In this document: positions 1 through 12,089 of the stretch, one piece after another | Layout: each line of letters opens with the position of its first letter | Numbering within the stretch: the first letter of the stretch is position 1 | From: Mobula hypostoma | Taxonomy: Eukaryota | Direction of reading: 5' to 3' | Length of the DNA stretch: 64,000 bases | Assembly (NCBI RefSeq): GCF_963921235.1 | Contig: NC_086097.1 | Location: forward strand, 8,866,001-8,930,000 | The notes under the pieces: model-generated | What the model was told of the DNA's origin: nothing | The model's input: the letters and a program-made list of their open reading frames with translations, nothing else | Database searches by the model: none | Made by a program: the position numbers and the translations under genes

Positions 1-1
1 A

Positions 2-154
2 GCATCGTTGAGCCCTCTGGAGACATCGTGGGCTTATCAACGAAATGTCAAAGAAGGAGGGTGCCCACCTAGTGACCCCGATGACATACCTACCCTCCCT
101 CTTTGTCACCACTCCAAACCCACTGCCAACATCGAGAGTGCCGACTTACCATAG
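2..154 (+). CDS. Candidate end of a terminal coding exon of an unidentified host gene (partial)
   Basis: Frame 2 is open from the window start to TAG at 152-154 (ASLSPLETSWAYQRNVKEGGCPPSDPDDIPTLPLCHHSKPTANIESADLP*). It lies in non-repeat, GC-richer sequence followed by AT-rich unique DNA with AATAAA at ~536. Protein not recognised. Confidence 0.25.
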   Translation, partial: ASLSPLETSWAYQRNVKEGGCPPSDPDDIPTLPLCHHSKPTANIESADLP

Positions 155-747
155 GGATTGAAACATCAAGTCCTATTAGCTCTGCTGTGACTCTTTGACT
201 TTCTGAGGGCAAAATCAGGCTACCATAAGAGAAATAATTTTAAAGACATTCAGACAAACATTCACAGTTGTAAAGTCACATTGTAATTGGAACAAGCTGT
301 TAGAGACACAGTCTGTTTTCTTCACGTGTAGAGAGATATTTTGACTGAAACTTCAAATGTAACAATGCAGCAGGGTTAGCAATATTGACTGGAATGAAAT
401 CAATGAAATGCTTTTTGGAGGCCAAGTACAATATGCTACTGCAATAATATGATGCACTCACAATGACTCTGAATTTCTAAGCTATGCTATTGAGAAAAGC
501 TATAACACAATCAGAGAAGTGAAGACTGTCTCCGTAATAAATATGCTTATTATATTTGACTTGCACAGTTCTCATTTGGCCAACAAATTTCCAGTTACAC
601 TTTCACAGTCTTTATTTCTCTCTGATATTATGTTGGATGTTGGATTATCATGAGTCATGGATATGCCATTAAAATTTGGATGATGCAATGCAGTCTAAAC
701 AATGACCTTGAAAAAGACATAAGGACAACAAAATAAAAATGAAGTCA

Positions 748-974
748 CAAACGCAAGAACATCACAGGTGCTGGAAATCCAAGCAGCCTACAAAATGCTG
801 GAGGAACTCAACAGGTCAGACAGCATCTACGAAAAAATTAAACAATCAATGTTTTGGGCCAAGACCCTTCTTCAGGACGGGAGAAGGGTCTCGGCGTGAA
901 ATGTCCACTGTTTTCTCTTTTCCATGAATACTGCCTGGCCTGCTGAGATCCTCCAGCATCTTGTGTGTGTTGCT
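748..974. mobile_element. PLE-derived fold-back (hairpin) element, diverged
   Basis: The left arm caaaatgctggaggaactcaacagg... is the reverse complement of the right arm ...cctgctgagatcctccagcatcttgtg. A decayed hammerhead motif lies near the centre (~879). Confidence 0.8.
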
Positions 975-1789
975 TTAAAATAAAGCTGTTAGGTTGAAAA
1001 ATGCAACTGCACCAAATTTAATATGTACTCCTGTTTTTTCACATGTTCTCCAGACATCATAAAGGAAGTCAAGACTGAGATGAAAGCAGCTCCTGTAAAC
1101 TTTATCCACCAGATATACTCGTTTATTATGCACTGACATACAGTCCATCTGGTAATCAAAGAACAGAATTACTTCAGAACAATGTTCGAACTGAGTCTTC
1201 TGCTATACAAAATGCGTCCATTAGCTTTCTTTGAATTTTCTTTAAATGTGACTTTTAATTTATAAAGTATTGAAGTTGAATAGTATCAATTTCTCTGCAT
1301 TGAATTGTTTTGTCTGCTATTTCAAAAGATATGCAAATCATTTGTCTTGGAGATTAAAAAAGTTTTCTCCCTTTCTGAATTCAAATTTGCAACTGAACCA
1401 TGGTGGGATGAGCTGATATGCTTAAATGAATGAGCCTTTGAAAATACTGATGGGATTGAGAATTTTGATGGGATTGCAAGCACTTGTCTTTAACCTACTT
1501 GATTTAAATCGCTATTCAAATCAAGGCAGAGTAATATTTGGTGTGGTTTAAAGATATTTTTCCACACTATCTCACAACTTACTATTATCTGAAAATCCAA
1601 CCTGCTTTGGTGGTGTGCAAGAGAGCAGTGCACTGATGCATTCCAATAGCCCATGGCCATCACAATATTCTCTGAAAACTAAGAAAGATGGCACCAGCAA
1701 ACAATGCAACCAAAGGCAATGTCCTTCAGATAGTTCACAAAACTACTTCTTTTACTTCTTCTTCTTCTAAAGACGGTTCTGCTACTAAT

Positions 1790-2950
1790 CTGCTTGTGAT
1801 TGGAACCTGTGATTTATATATTGATGGTGCGTTTTCGGGTCGATTGAGTGATTTGGTGCTTTGTTGTCTTTAAGGGAGTGCAGTGAGGTTTCGAGCAGAG
1901 TGTGCAGCCTGGAGGCCCCGAGGGCTGGAGACAGGGTGCAAGTCTATGACTGGCTCCAGTTTCTCGCCAATCCCGCCAACTAAAGTGCCGAGCAAGTTTG
2001 AAATCAGCAAGGAAGAGAGCAGAAAGCAAGTGGATGTTCAAACGCCTTCTGCCTACATTTGACCAGTCTCTCTCTCCCTCTCACTTGATGCTCCCAGAGG
2101 AAGATGCCTGCGTTTGACTGTCCTCTCTAGCTGCTCCCAGAGGAAGGTGCCTGTGTTTGACTGCTTTCTCTAGCTGATCCCAGAGGAAGGTTCCTCCATT
2201 TGACCAGTCTCTCTCTCCCTCTCACTTGATGCTCCCAGAGGAAGGTGCCTGTGTTTGACCAGTCTCTCTCGCTCGTGCTCACTGCTCCCAGAGGAAGGTG
2301 CCTGTGTTTGACTGTCCTCTCTAGCTGCTCCCAGAGGAAGGTGCCTGTGTTTGACTGCTTTCTCTAGCTGATCCCAGAGGAAGGTTCCTCCATTTGACCA
2401 GTCTCGCTCTCCGTCTCTCTCAATGCTCCTGGAGGAAAGTGACTGTATTTGACCAGACTCTTTCGATTTTGCTCACTGCTCTGAGAGGAAGGTTCCTCCG
2501 TTTGACCAGTCTCTCTCTCCCTCTCTCTCTTGATGCTCCTGAAGGATGATGCAAGAGTTGTGGGTCTTGAGTAAGTTTTAACCAACGCAGTTTGTAGATT
2601 GGACTCTGCAGTTCATGTTACGATATGTTTCTGGTTTCTGGTTTCTGGTTACTCCTTTTTTTATTGCTATTTTGTGCGATTCTGATCAGGGTGGAGTGGT
2701 TCTGCGGCCTGCAATTAATGAATGACACAATGCTAAATTCAATCAAACTGGACTGTTTCAATGACTCTCATTTGATGATTTATATCCTGTGTTTTTCACT
2801 CATTTTTTTTGCTGTTTGCATATTGGGTGTTTGATTGAATGTATCCCATAGTATTTCTTTGTTTCCTGGCTGTCTGTGGGAAGACAAATCTCAGTGTTGT
2901 ATACTGCATCCGTACATTGATAATAAATGTACTTTGAGTCTTTGAATCTT
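1790..2950 (+). mobile_element. Non-autonomous LINE-tailed element hosting the minisatellite
   Basis: GC-rich head, then an AT-rich tail ending ...ataataaatgtactttgagtctttgaatct. The same tail type recurs at ~21845, ~43785 and ~47070. Confidence 0.5.
2058..2550. repeat. Minisatellite of 43-55 bp units with a 194 bp higher-order period
   Basis: Units starting TTTGAC at 2058, 2113, 2156, 2199, 2254, 2307, 2350, 2393, 2448, 2501, each with the core gctcccagaggaagg or a close variant. Confidence 0.9.
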
Positions 2951-3017
2951 TTAAGTAAAGTTTTTTTTCAGCTAATGACACAACATTCAGCCTTCCCCAG
3001 TGTTTTTCAGGGCATTA

Positions 3018-3875
3018 TGGGATGTCACAGTAGTGTAGTGTTAGTACGATGCAGTTACAGCTCAGGGCATTGGAGTCTGAGTTCAATTCCGACAGGGTTT
3101 GTACGTCCTCTCTGTGAACGTATGGGTATTCTCTGTGTACTCTGGTTTTCTCCGACAGTCCAAAGATGTACCGGTTAGTAGGTTAATTGGTCATTGCAAG
3201 TTGGCCTGTGATTGGTGGTGTGTGTCCATCGCGAGTGATGAGGACCACTGACACCCTTCTTTGAATGCCGTGACTTACACATAAGTTTGATTAAAATGAC
3301 GGAGAGTTACGCCGGTTTGCAGCATCACTCTCTCATCCTAGTCTATCTGAATCCAGTGGCAAGACCAGAGTCAGGGCGACTGGAGATAAGTCAGGATGCA
3401 GTGGATAACCAGGGAGGTCTGTGTGACTTGCCGTGTTCTTCTTGCTCCATGACACGTGCTGGGAAACACTTTCCGGCTTGTTGAACCAGTTGGTAGTTTC
3501 CTCCGCGTAGTCTGCCGAATCTAGTGCTTTGGGTAGGCAGGCCCAAAATCATCGAGGGCTCAAAAATACCTGACAGCTACTCTCACCTGGTTTGGTCTGC
3601 TGTCAACGCTGTTGCCCGGGATGTGGCTGCTATTGCATGCAGACAGCTTACTTGGAGCCACAGGTCAGAGCTGAGTGCCTGGTGAGGAGCAAAGGTGGAG
3701 GACCTACTTCAGGAGGTATGACAGGTCTCCAGGCAACAGGTCTACCCCTCCCTGACACCCCATACACCCCTCCTGTGATTAGGCTGGGGTTTAACAAGTG
3801 GGTTGCAGGGCAGGGGCAGTGCATCTCGTTGGACCAGAAAGCTGTTTTGCCCTGTAGCTCTAAATAGAATAAAAT
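3018..3875 (+). mobile_element. tRNA-headed SINE (HE1/V-SINE-like), split by an insertion
   Basis: B-box-like gagttcaattcc; conserved core ...cagtccaaagatgtaccggttagtaggttaattggtcattg; A-rich tail. Interrupted at 3214-3771. Confidence 0.75.
3214..3771 (-). mobile_element. Non-autonomous retroelement (probably RTE-derived) nested in a SINE
   Basis: Flanked by the 9 bp TSD cctgtgatt (3205-3213 and 3772-3780). Family assignment is by resemblance only. Confidence 0.6.
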
Positions 3876-5167
3876 CATTGTAAGAATCAGCCAACATTGT
3901 AGTCACTTGCCCTGAACTTCACTGGCATTTCAGCTCCGTGTTACTCCAGATATTTAAAAAAAAAATCAATCAAGCATGTCAGGAGTGGCCTTGCTTTTAA
4001 ATATCAGTGAATGAGATGGTCCCAAATTGAATTACTTCCCAGTTGAATGTGTTACATATTTTTCTCATGTTATATTACCATTCCCAGGGTGCTGTGGCTT
4101 CACTTTAGCATAAATCATCACAATTATTACTGTACCAGAGGATCTTTTGGCACTATTTTATACATAACCTGGGGTCCATACCATAGTTCTGATGTTCAGC
4201 TGCTAACCTGCTTTTCTCTTTAAGGCTACTGGTTAAGAACTCCTCATGGTAACTGAGAAAACACTGACCCTTGTAATGAATTGATGTCAACTAAAGGTTA
4301 GAAAATTGCCCACAAATTTCAGGTTAGGCAGCCCTGGGGTGAGATGGCAGGATCCCTAACGGGTTATATAGCATCTTTTACAGAATATGATGACAAGCCA
4401 GCCTGGTGTGAGACTTGTGTGCATACATATCCATTAGTAAATTTCTAATTTATTGTGAACAGTGACAGCATGGCTTAGTTTTGAGTGTGGCTGTCTTCAG
4501 AATCTAAACTGCCTTTGAAGAAAGATCCCAAAGAGTCTGAGGGACAGGAAGGGGACTCCAACAGTTCAACGAGTAGTGAACAGGTGACTGATAGAACAGC
4601 TTCCAAAAAATAATCTAGAAAAAAGACTTCCAGGATGTATATCGTCTACATTTCTCTGACATTAAATGTACCTTTGAAACCTTTGTAACCTATGAGAAAT
4701 TTCAAGGTTCAAATTTCAAAGTTCAAAGTACAATTTATAATCAAAGTATATATAATTTGCTTATAGGCAGCCACAAACCAAGAAACCCAATATAACCCAA
4801 TTTTAACAAAGATCAACACCAATACAGAGAGAGAAAGAAAGAAACAAATCCAACCAAGCCATTCAAACAGTAAAGAGAGCATCAGCATTTAGAACAAAAT
4901 TGAGTCCATAAACCTGAAGCCTGGAACAGATGAAATGGGCCTATAGTCTTAGTCTCAGTTCATCACACAGAGAGACAAACCACTGTGAAGCTCGTAGACA
5001 CTAAGCCTGGATCACCCAGAGCATGACACAACCTCAGCCTCAGTGCCAAGGAAAAATTAATGTTATTGAGTAAAATAATAGGTGAAATCCACCAAGTAAA
5101 ATGGTAGCACACTCAGTCACAGTGGCCTCTCTGAGTCCAAACAAAAATATAATTGTTCGTCCTTTAC

Positions 5168-8110
5168 CATAAGACCCATAAGATATAGGAGCACAATTAG
5201 ACCATTTGGCCATCAAGTCTGCTCCACCATTTCATCATGGCTATCCAATTTTCCTCTCAGCCCCCATCTCCCCATATCCTTTCATACCCTGATCAATCAA
5301 GAATCTATCAACCTCTGCCTTAAATATACATAAAGACATGGCCTCTGCAGCTGCATGTGGCAAAGAATTCCACAGATTCACCATTCTCTGGCTAAAGAAA
5401 TTCCTCCTCATCTCTGTTCTAAAAAGATGCCCCTCTATTCTAAGGCTGTGTTCTCTGGTCAAAGACTCTCCCGCCATAGGAAACATCCTCTCCACATCCA
5501 CTTTATTGTGAAACTCCTTTGAATTCACTCCCATTTCAGCACATCCAGAGGCTCAAAACTGCTCACAATACTCCATATGAGGCCTCACCAGAGCTTTATA
5601 AAGTCTCAACATTATATCCTTGCTTTTATATTCTCGTCCTTTTGAAATGAATGCTAACATTGTATTTGCCTTCCTCACAACAGACTCAACCTGCAAATTA
5701 ACCTTTAGGGAATCCTGCATGATGACTCCCAAGTCATTTTGTGCTTCAGTATTTTGTATCTTCTGTCCATTAAGAAACTAGTCAACCCTTTCATTTCTTC
5801 TACCAAAGCTCATGATCATACACTTCCCAACACTGTACTCCATCTGCCATTTATTTCCCTTTTCTCCTAATCTGTCTAAGTCCTTCTGTAGCCTCTATAG
5901 TTCCTCAAAACTACCTGCCCCTCTGCCTATCTTCATATCATCTCCAAACTTTGGACAAAGCCATCAATTTTATCATCCAAATCATTGAGACATAATGTAA
6001 AAAGAATCGATACAGGGTTAATGGTAAGGCACTGAGGAGTGCAGTGGAACAGAGGGATCTGGGAATACAAATACAAAATTCCCTAAAAGTGTCGTCACAG
6101 GTAGATAGGGTCGTAAAGAGAGCTTTTGGTACATTGGCCTTTATTAATCGAAGTATTGAGTATAAGAGCTGGAATGTTATGATGAGGTTGTATAAGGCAT
6201 TGGTAAGGCCGAATCTGGCGTATTGTGTTCAGTTTTGGTCACCAAATTACAGGAAGGGTATAAATAAGGTTGAAAGAGTGCAGAGAAGGTTTACAAGGAT
6301 GTTGCCGGGACTTGAGAAACTCAGTTACAGAGAAAGGTTGAATAGGTTAGGACTTTATTCCCTGGAGCGTAGAAGAATGAGGGGAGATTTGATAGAGGTA
6401 TATAAAATTATGATGGGTATAGATAGAGTGAATGCAAGCAGGCTTTTTCCACTGAGGCAAGGGAGAAAAAAAACAGAGGACATGGGTTAAGGGAGAGGGG
6501 AGAAAAGTTTAAAGGGAACATTGGGGGGGCTTCTTCACACAGAGAGTGGTGGGAGTATGGAATGAGCTGCCAGACGAGGTGGTAAATGCGGGTTCTTTTT
6601 TAACATTTAAGAATAAATTGGACAGATACATGGATGGGAGGTGTATGGAGGAATATGGTCCGTGTGCAGGTCAGTGAGACTAGGCAGAAAATGGTTCGGC
6701 ACAGCCAAGAAGGGCCAAAGGGCCTGTTTCTGTGCTGTAGTTTCTATGGTTTCTATGGTTTCTATGATCCCAATGCAGACTAGTCACCGGCAGCCAACCA
6801 GAAAAGGCTCCCCTTATTCCCAATCTTTGCCTTCTGCCAATCAGTTACTGCTTTATACATGCTAGAATCTTTCCTGCAATACTCTGGGCTTGTAGCTTGT
6901 CAAAGGCTTTCTGAAAATCCAAGTGCACAACATCAACCAATTTTCCTTTGTCCATCTTGCTTGTTATTTCTTCAAAGAATTCCAATTGATTTGTCAGGCA
7001 AGATTTTTCCTTGATGAAGCCATGCTGACTCTGACCTATTTTATCATGTGCCTCCAAGTACCCTGAGACCTCACCCTTTATAATTGATTCCAACATCTTC
7101 CCAACCAATGAGGTCAGAATAACTGGCCTATAATTTCCTTTATTCTGCTTTTCTCCCTTCTTGAAGAGTGGAATGACATATGCAATTTTCCAGTCTTCCA
7201 GAACCATCCCAGAATCTACTGATTCTTAAAAGATCATTACTAATGCCTCCACAATCTCTTCAGCCACCTCCTTCAGAAATCTGTGTTATACACCATCTGA
7301 TCCAGATGACTTATCTACCTTCAGACCTTTCAGTTTCCCAAGAATCTTTGCTCTAGTTATGATAACTTTACTCAACTCATGACCTCTGACACCTGGCATT
7401 TCCACCATACTGCTCGTATCTTCCACAGTGCAGACTGACACAAACTACTTATTCAGTTCATCCACTATTTCCTTGTTCCTCATTACTACCTCTCCAGCAT
7501 CATTTTCCAGCGGTCCAATATCCACTCTCTCCTCTCTTTCACAATTTGTATATCTGAAGAAATCCTGGCACCTTGGAGGCAACATATCATCCAGGGATCT
7601 TATTCTCGCCCCCAGAACCTCCTGTCCCTTCCCGTATCTAACGAATCCCCTATCACCACAGCCTCTTCTCCTCCCTTCCCTTATGAGCAACAGAGGCAGA
7701 CTCAGTGCCAGAGACCCGGCCACTGTGGCCTTCCTCTGTCACATCATCCTCCACCCGACTGCATCTAAAGTTATATACATATTGTTGAGAGAGATGGCCA
7801 AAGGAGTCCTTGCACTAGTACATTGACCCCTCTCCCCTTCCTGACTGTCACCCCGTTTTCTGTGTTCTGCACTTTGAGTGTAACTACCTCTCTATATGTC
7901 CTATCTATCTCCCCTTCAGCCTCTCGAACGAACCGGACTTCATCCATTTCCAGCTACAACTCCTTGAAGCACATTGTTAGAAGCCACAGCTGGAAGTGTT
8001 TCTTGCAGCTGCAGTCATCAGAGACTGGAGATCTCCCTGCCTTCCCACATCCCGCAAGAAGAGCATTCTGTTATCCTGCCTGACATCGCCCCTATCATAG
8101 CTCAGCAGAT
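5168..8110 (-). mobile_element. CR1 LINE, degenerate and internally deleted, split by a younger CR1
   Basis: RT motifs WKIAYVIPLFKKG...NYRPVILTSLVGKMLESII...QHGF...LDFQKAFDK (6845-7207); ORF2 C-terminus RRNFFSQRMVNLWNSLP (5241-5534); tail repeat near 5168-5185. Confidence 0.9.
6010..6766 (+). mobile_element. 5'-truncated CR1 LINE nested in an opposite-strand CR1
   Basis: ORF 6044-6490 (RDLGIQI...LYKALVRPNLAYCVQFWSP...LYSLERRRMRGDLIEVYKI); 3' tail (ttctatgg)x3. The host CR1 resumes at ~6767. Confidence 0.92.
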
Positions 8111-9271
8111 ACAAAGAAGGGAATTAAAAAGAAACTTAACCTTGAGCTTTTTGCTTCACTTGTTTTCTCTGACTGAAGCCTCTCTTTGCCAAAGCATCAA
8201 ATGGCGAAAGCCTCAAGATCGTCACTCTGATTCTGCCTTCGAGGCTTCAGCAAAGAGAGGCTTCAGTCAGAGAAAACAAATGAAGAGAAAAGCTCAAGAT
8301 TAAGTTTTTTTCCTTTCCGTTCTTTATGATGATGGCCCCTGTGCCTGTCCCTGCCTTCCTTCAATTTGCTCTTGCTAATCAATCCCAAATGCCAATTGGT
8401 CGCTGTTCAAAGCTCTATTTCGCTGTAGCAACCCACTGATGCATTTTGCACTCAGGCAGCAGACCCGATTGAAGTCCCCTCCTCTCTAAACTTCTGAAGT
8501 CTGTATTGGCCACTGAGCAAAGCGTTGTTTTTTGCTGTAGTGACCCGCTGCTGCCTTTTGTATGCAGGCAGGGGACTTGATTGAAATCCTCTCTTCTTTG
8601 TGTCGTTTTACGATCACGAGACACATGATCATCAGGAACATCAAGTACAGTAGGTCTACCTCAATAGTGGGTTGCCAGATAGCAGAAGAGCTGGAATTGC
8701 TGTGCACCATGTTGCAGCCTGCTTTGGTCACTCAGTGAAGAAGGCATTACAGCTGGTGCACGGAGGTGATACGCGATCCAACAAATGGTGGAAGTGATTA
8801 GACATTTTTATTGTGATCCTGTGTGGACATTGTAATGTAGAATAGTGCAAGTCCAATACACTGATTTATTGGCAAGACCAATGGCAGGGAAGCTGTGCGG
8901 ACTCAGATGTGGCACGGCCCAGGCTCTCACCGATGCCTTGGGATTGCCTGTTGCAGCCGCCGAGGAGAAGACGCTGGAACCGGCTGTGTGCCGTTGGACT
9001 CCATGCTAGAATGGAGGCTGACCCTCACATCTGTGCTGCTCTCCAGTGGAAGACAAGCTAGATTGTCTTCATCTTCGGCTGTACTTGCGCAAGATGAGGA
9101 ACTGCTACGGGCTTGTTCATACAGCCACCTGGCTCTAGGACAACATCTGATGCACCATCAACCTACAGGCCTTGACTCTCAGGGACTTGGACTATATTAT
9201 TATTACTTACAACATACATCAAAGTTGCTGGTGAACGCAGCAGGCCAGGCAGCATCTATAGGAAGAGGCGC

Positions 9272-9307
9272 AGTCGACGTTTCAGGCCGAGACCCTTCGT
9301 CAGGACT
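9272..9307 (-). ncRNA. Minimal type I hammerhead ribozyme motif (other arm)
   Basis: Reverse complement reads agtc CTGACGA a ggg tctcgg cct GAAA cg TC gact. Confidence 0.8.
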
Positions 9308-9376
9308 AACTGAAGGAAGAGTGAGTAAGGGATTTATATCCAACTTTCAAATCCCTTACTCACTCTTCCTTCAGTT

Positions 9377-9412
9377 AGTCCTGACGAGGGGTCTCGGCCT
9401 GAAACGTCGACT
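9377..9412 (+). ncRNA. Minimal type I hammerhead ribozyme motif
   Basis: agtc CTGACGA g ggg tctcgg cct GAAA cg TC gact. Stem I agtc/gact, core CUGANGA and GAAA, short stem II, palindromic ACGU in place of stem III. Predicted cut after C9408. Confidence 0.8.
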
Positions 9413-10020
9413 GCACCTCTTCCTACAGATGCTGCTTGGCCTGCTGCGTTCACCAGCAACTTTGATATATGTTGAATTTCCAGCATCTGCAGAATTCCTG
9501 TTGTTTGTGTTATTATTACTTACTTATTTTTATTTGTAACTATATGTTATTCTGCTTTTGTAACAATATGTACTATATGTGCTGTGTGCTCTGTATGACA
9601 GTTGGTACTGTGCGTGGCAGCTTGGTCCCAAAGGAACGCTGTTTGTTTGGCTGTATTCATGGGTATGGTTGAATGGCAATTAAACTTGAACTTGTACTTG
9701 GACAGTTCCGGAAGCATGGGAGGGAATTATATAATCAGAGATCATTGGAAGCTTTGGAGTCTGTGAGCATCATGTGAAAAGGTGCTTGAACTGGGGACAG
9801 GAAGTGGGGAAGTGTGAAAATAGACAAGCTCAAGGTATGTAGTTTGCGAAGAAGGGCAGCCAAGGAGAAAGTGACTTGTTCTGTCAATGGAATCAACTCT
9901 GACAAATACAATGTATTCCAAGGTCATGCTCCACCTCCTTCCTTATCCCCATCCAGTTCTTATCTTCAAATTCTTGCCCTCAAGTTTTTAATTATAAATT
10001 ATTTGCTTGTCACTATTGCT

Positions 10021-10270
10021 TGTCGTGTATTTAATATTTAAGTAATATCTGAGTAATCCTGTATTTATATTGTCTGATAAAACATACTTGTACATTTCAA
10101 TAATTCATTACCAGTTATATGTATAAATACATGAATTGAATACGTCATCACACTACCATGTGATACGAGCATGCCTCACTTAAAGTAAAACACAAAGTTT
10201 GACTGGCATTCCTGGACACCTATAACTCCCTTTGAATTAGATTAATGTTTTAAAGTTACAAAGTATCACA
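10021..10270 (+). mobile_element. Possible old solo LTR
   Basis: Begins tgtcgtg and ends tatcaca, with TATA-like tataaa and aagtaaa signals inside. No matching TSD seen. Confidence 0.3.
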
Positions 10271-10789
10271 AAAACTAATGAGGAGTAAATCACAGGACTC
10301 AAAATCACTAGTCAGAAGTATATTATTACCACTATTAGTAACCTGCAACATCTTTAAAAAAATGCATTTTCCTAAACGTGCAATAAATACTCAGCAGAAG
10401 GACTAATTCTTGCATTTTTACAGTCAGCAAGATTTGCAAAATAAACGAGGTACTCATTCTCCATATATATTACTGAGGGAATTAATGTGCCGTTACTCGA
10501 ATTCTAACCAAAGACAGATATGTCAGAGGATCATTTCATCATTTCACGGTGACTATTGTTTAAATAGTCCATACCTATTGTGGAATTGCTTTGCTAGTCA
10601 GAACTCTAGTCATTAACACTTGTTTGATTTTAGCTAATATCTAATTAATGACACTTAGAAACTTTATGACCTTGCAGCATACCAGATCATGAATACTTAA
10701 ATTTTCCATCTGAAATTTCTCTTTCCCTTATTTTAATAGGAAGTAAGAACCCATCGACTTAAAGTATTGTTCCTGCAAAGACTCACAAG

Positions 10790-11455
10790 GAATCTTCAAA
10801 AGGCCAGTGCCTCAAAACTTCTGCAAACGGTGATGCCCCAAAAAGGTGGCATCCATCATTAAAGAACCCCCACCACCTAGGACATGCCCTCTTCTCATTG
10901 CTACCATTTAGGAGGAGGTACAGGAGCCTGAAGGCACACACTCAATGATTCAGGAACAGCTTCTTCCCCTCCACCATCAGAATGCTGAATGGACAATGAA
11001 CCCCAGTACACTACCTCACTATTTTTAGAAAATCTAACTTTCATATGTACGGCATGAGAACAGGCCATTCGGCCCACAATGTTGTGCTGAACCAGCTAAA
11101 AGGCAAATCAAAAACACCCAAACATTTATCACTCCTACCTACACCACATCCCTATCCCTCCATTTTGTTTACATACATGTACTTATCTAAATGTCTCTTA
11201 AAAGCCTCTGACATATTTGCCTCTACCACCTACCAGGCAGTGTATTCCAAGCATCCATAAATCTCTGAGTAAAAAGCTTACCCCTCACATCTCCCTTCAA
11301 CCCATGAACACTACCTCACTATTTTCCTCTTTTATGCACTGCTGATCTAACATTTTTATTACTGTAGTTTTGTTTTTTAATTATGTTATGCCACATAAAA
11401 AAACAATTTCCCAACATATGTCAGTGACATTGAGCCTGATTCTGATTCTAATTCT
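10790..11455 (+). mobile_element. Rex1/Babar-type LINE 3' fragment with a nested CR1 3' end (~11026-11298, minus)
   Basis: HPGHALFSLLPSGRRYRSL-like coding remnant and (ctgatt)n tail. The sequence acactacctcactatttt is duplicated on both sides of the insert. Confidence 0.7.
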
Positions 11456-12089
11456 GAGGTATTGAAGGGTGAATGGTTTCCTTTATCCTGCAGATTAATT
11501 CCATTCCAGTCGAGAGTTTGCTGGAGATGAGATGCAGTGTTACAGTGAGGAAGATTGTTACTAAATTAATGAAATCACTCCAGTTTGCTCTAGGATCAGA
11601 TCTGATTGAAGCAATTAGTAGGAATTCTTTCAGTTGATGGAGTTGAAAACTAGAGTTTAGAAAAATAAGTAATGAATTGACACAGCTCCCATCAATTCTG
11701 TTACTTGTTTCAGAAAGTGAATGTTATCTCCTTTGCAGTTAAATATGTCTTCCTACATAAAAAGCATTCTCAAAATTCCATTGTTTAGACCAGTCTCATC
11801 TCTAATCAGGCTAAGTAGTGGTATTTTTCTGACATGGTATATTATCTGATTTTGTCAAGACTAATGAAATGATTTTTTATGGAAAAATATACAAGTCGAT
11901 GTTAATGTATTTTGTATTGTGTACTGCCAATCAGTTAAGAAATACAGTGCCAGTTTGCTATACTGGGGCTTTTATATAAGATGAGAGAACATACTATAAA
12001 ATTAAAACTGTAGAAGGACATGTGGTAGAATAACCGAACCGGTGTGAAAAAAAATAGAAACTAACAAAAAACTTGAAATTAAACTAGTA

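Larger units (their letters stand above)
9211..9509. mobile_element. PLE-derived fold-back element with a complete hammerhead on each strand
   Basis: ~125 bp near-perfect inverted arms around a ~13 nt loop (9336-9348); the right arm has a ~35 nt extra tail; 14 bp TSD ttattattacttac (9197-9210, 9510-9523). Confidence 0.93.

Noticed and set aside
2058..2550. Repeat-spacer-like pattern resembling a CRISPR array
   Set aside because: The 'spacers' are themselves homologous and recur, there are no cas genes, and the context is vertebrate. It is a minisatellite.
9211..9509. Hairpin elements as DNA-transposon MITEs or pre-miRNAs
   Set aside because: TSDs are 11-16 bp and variable, the arms are asymmetric, and the sequence is the 3' UTR of GIY-YIG-encoding PLE fragments.
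8895..9539. 214 aa ORF as a host gene
   Set aside because: It runs across an older repeat and a TSD-bounded PLE hairpin, so it is a chance read-through.
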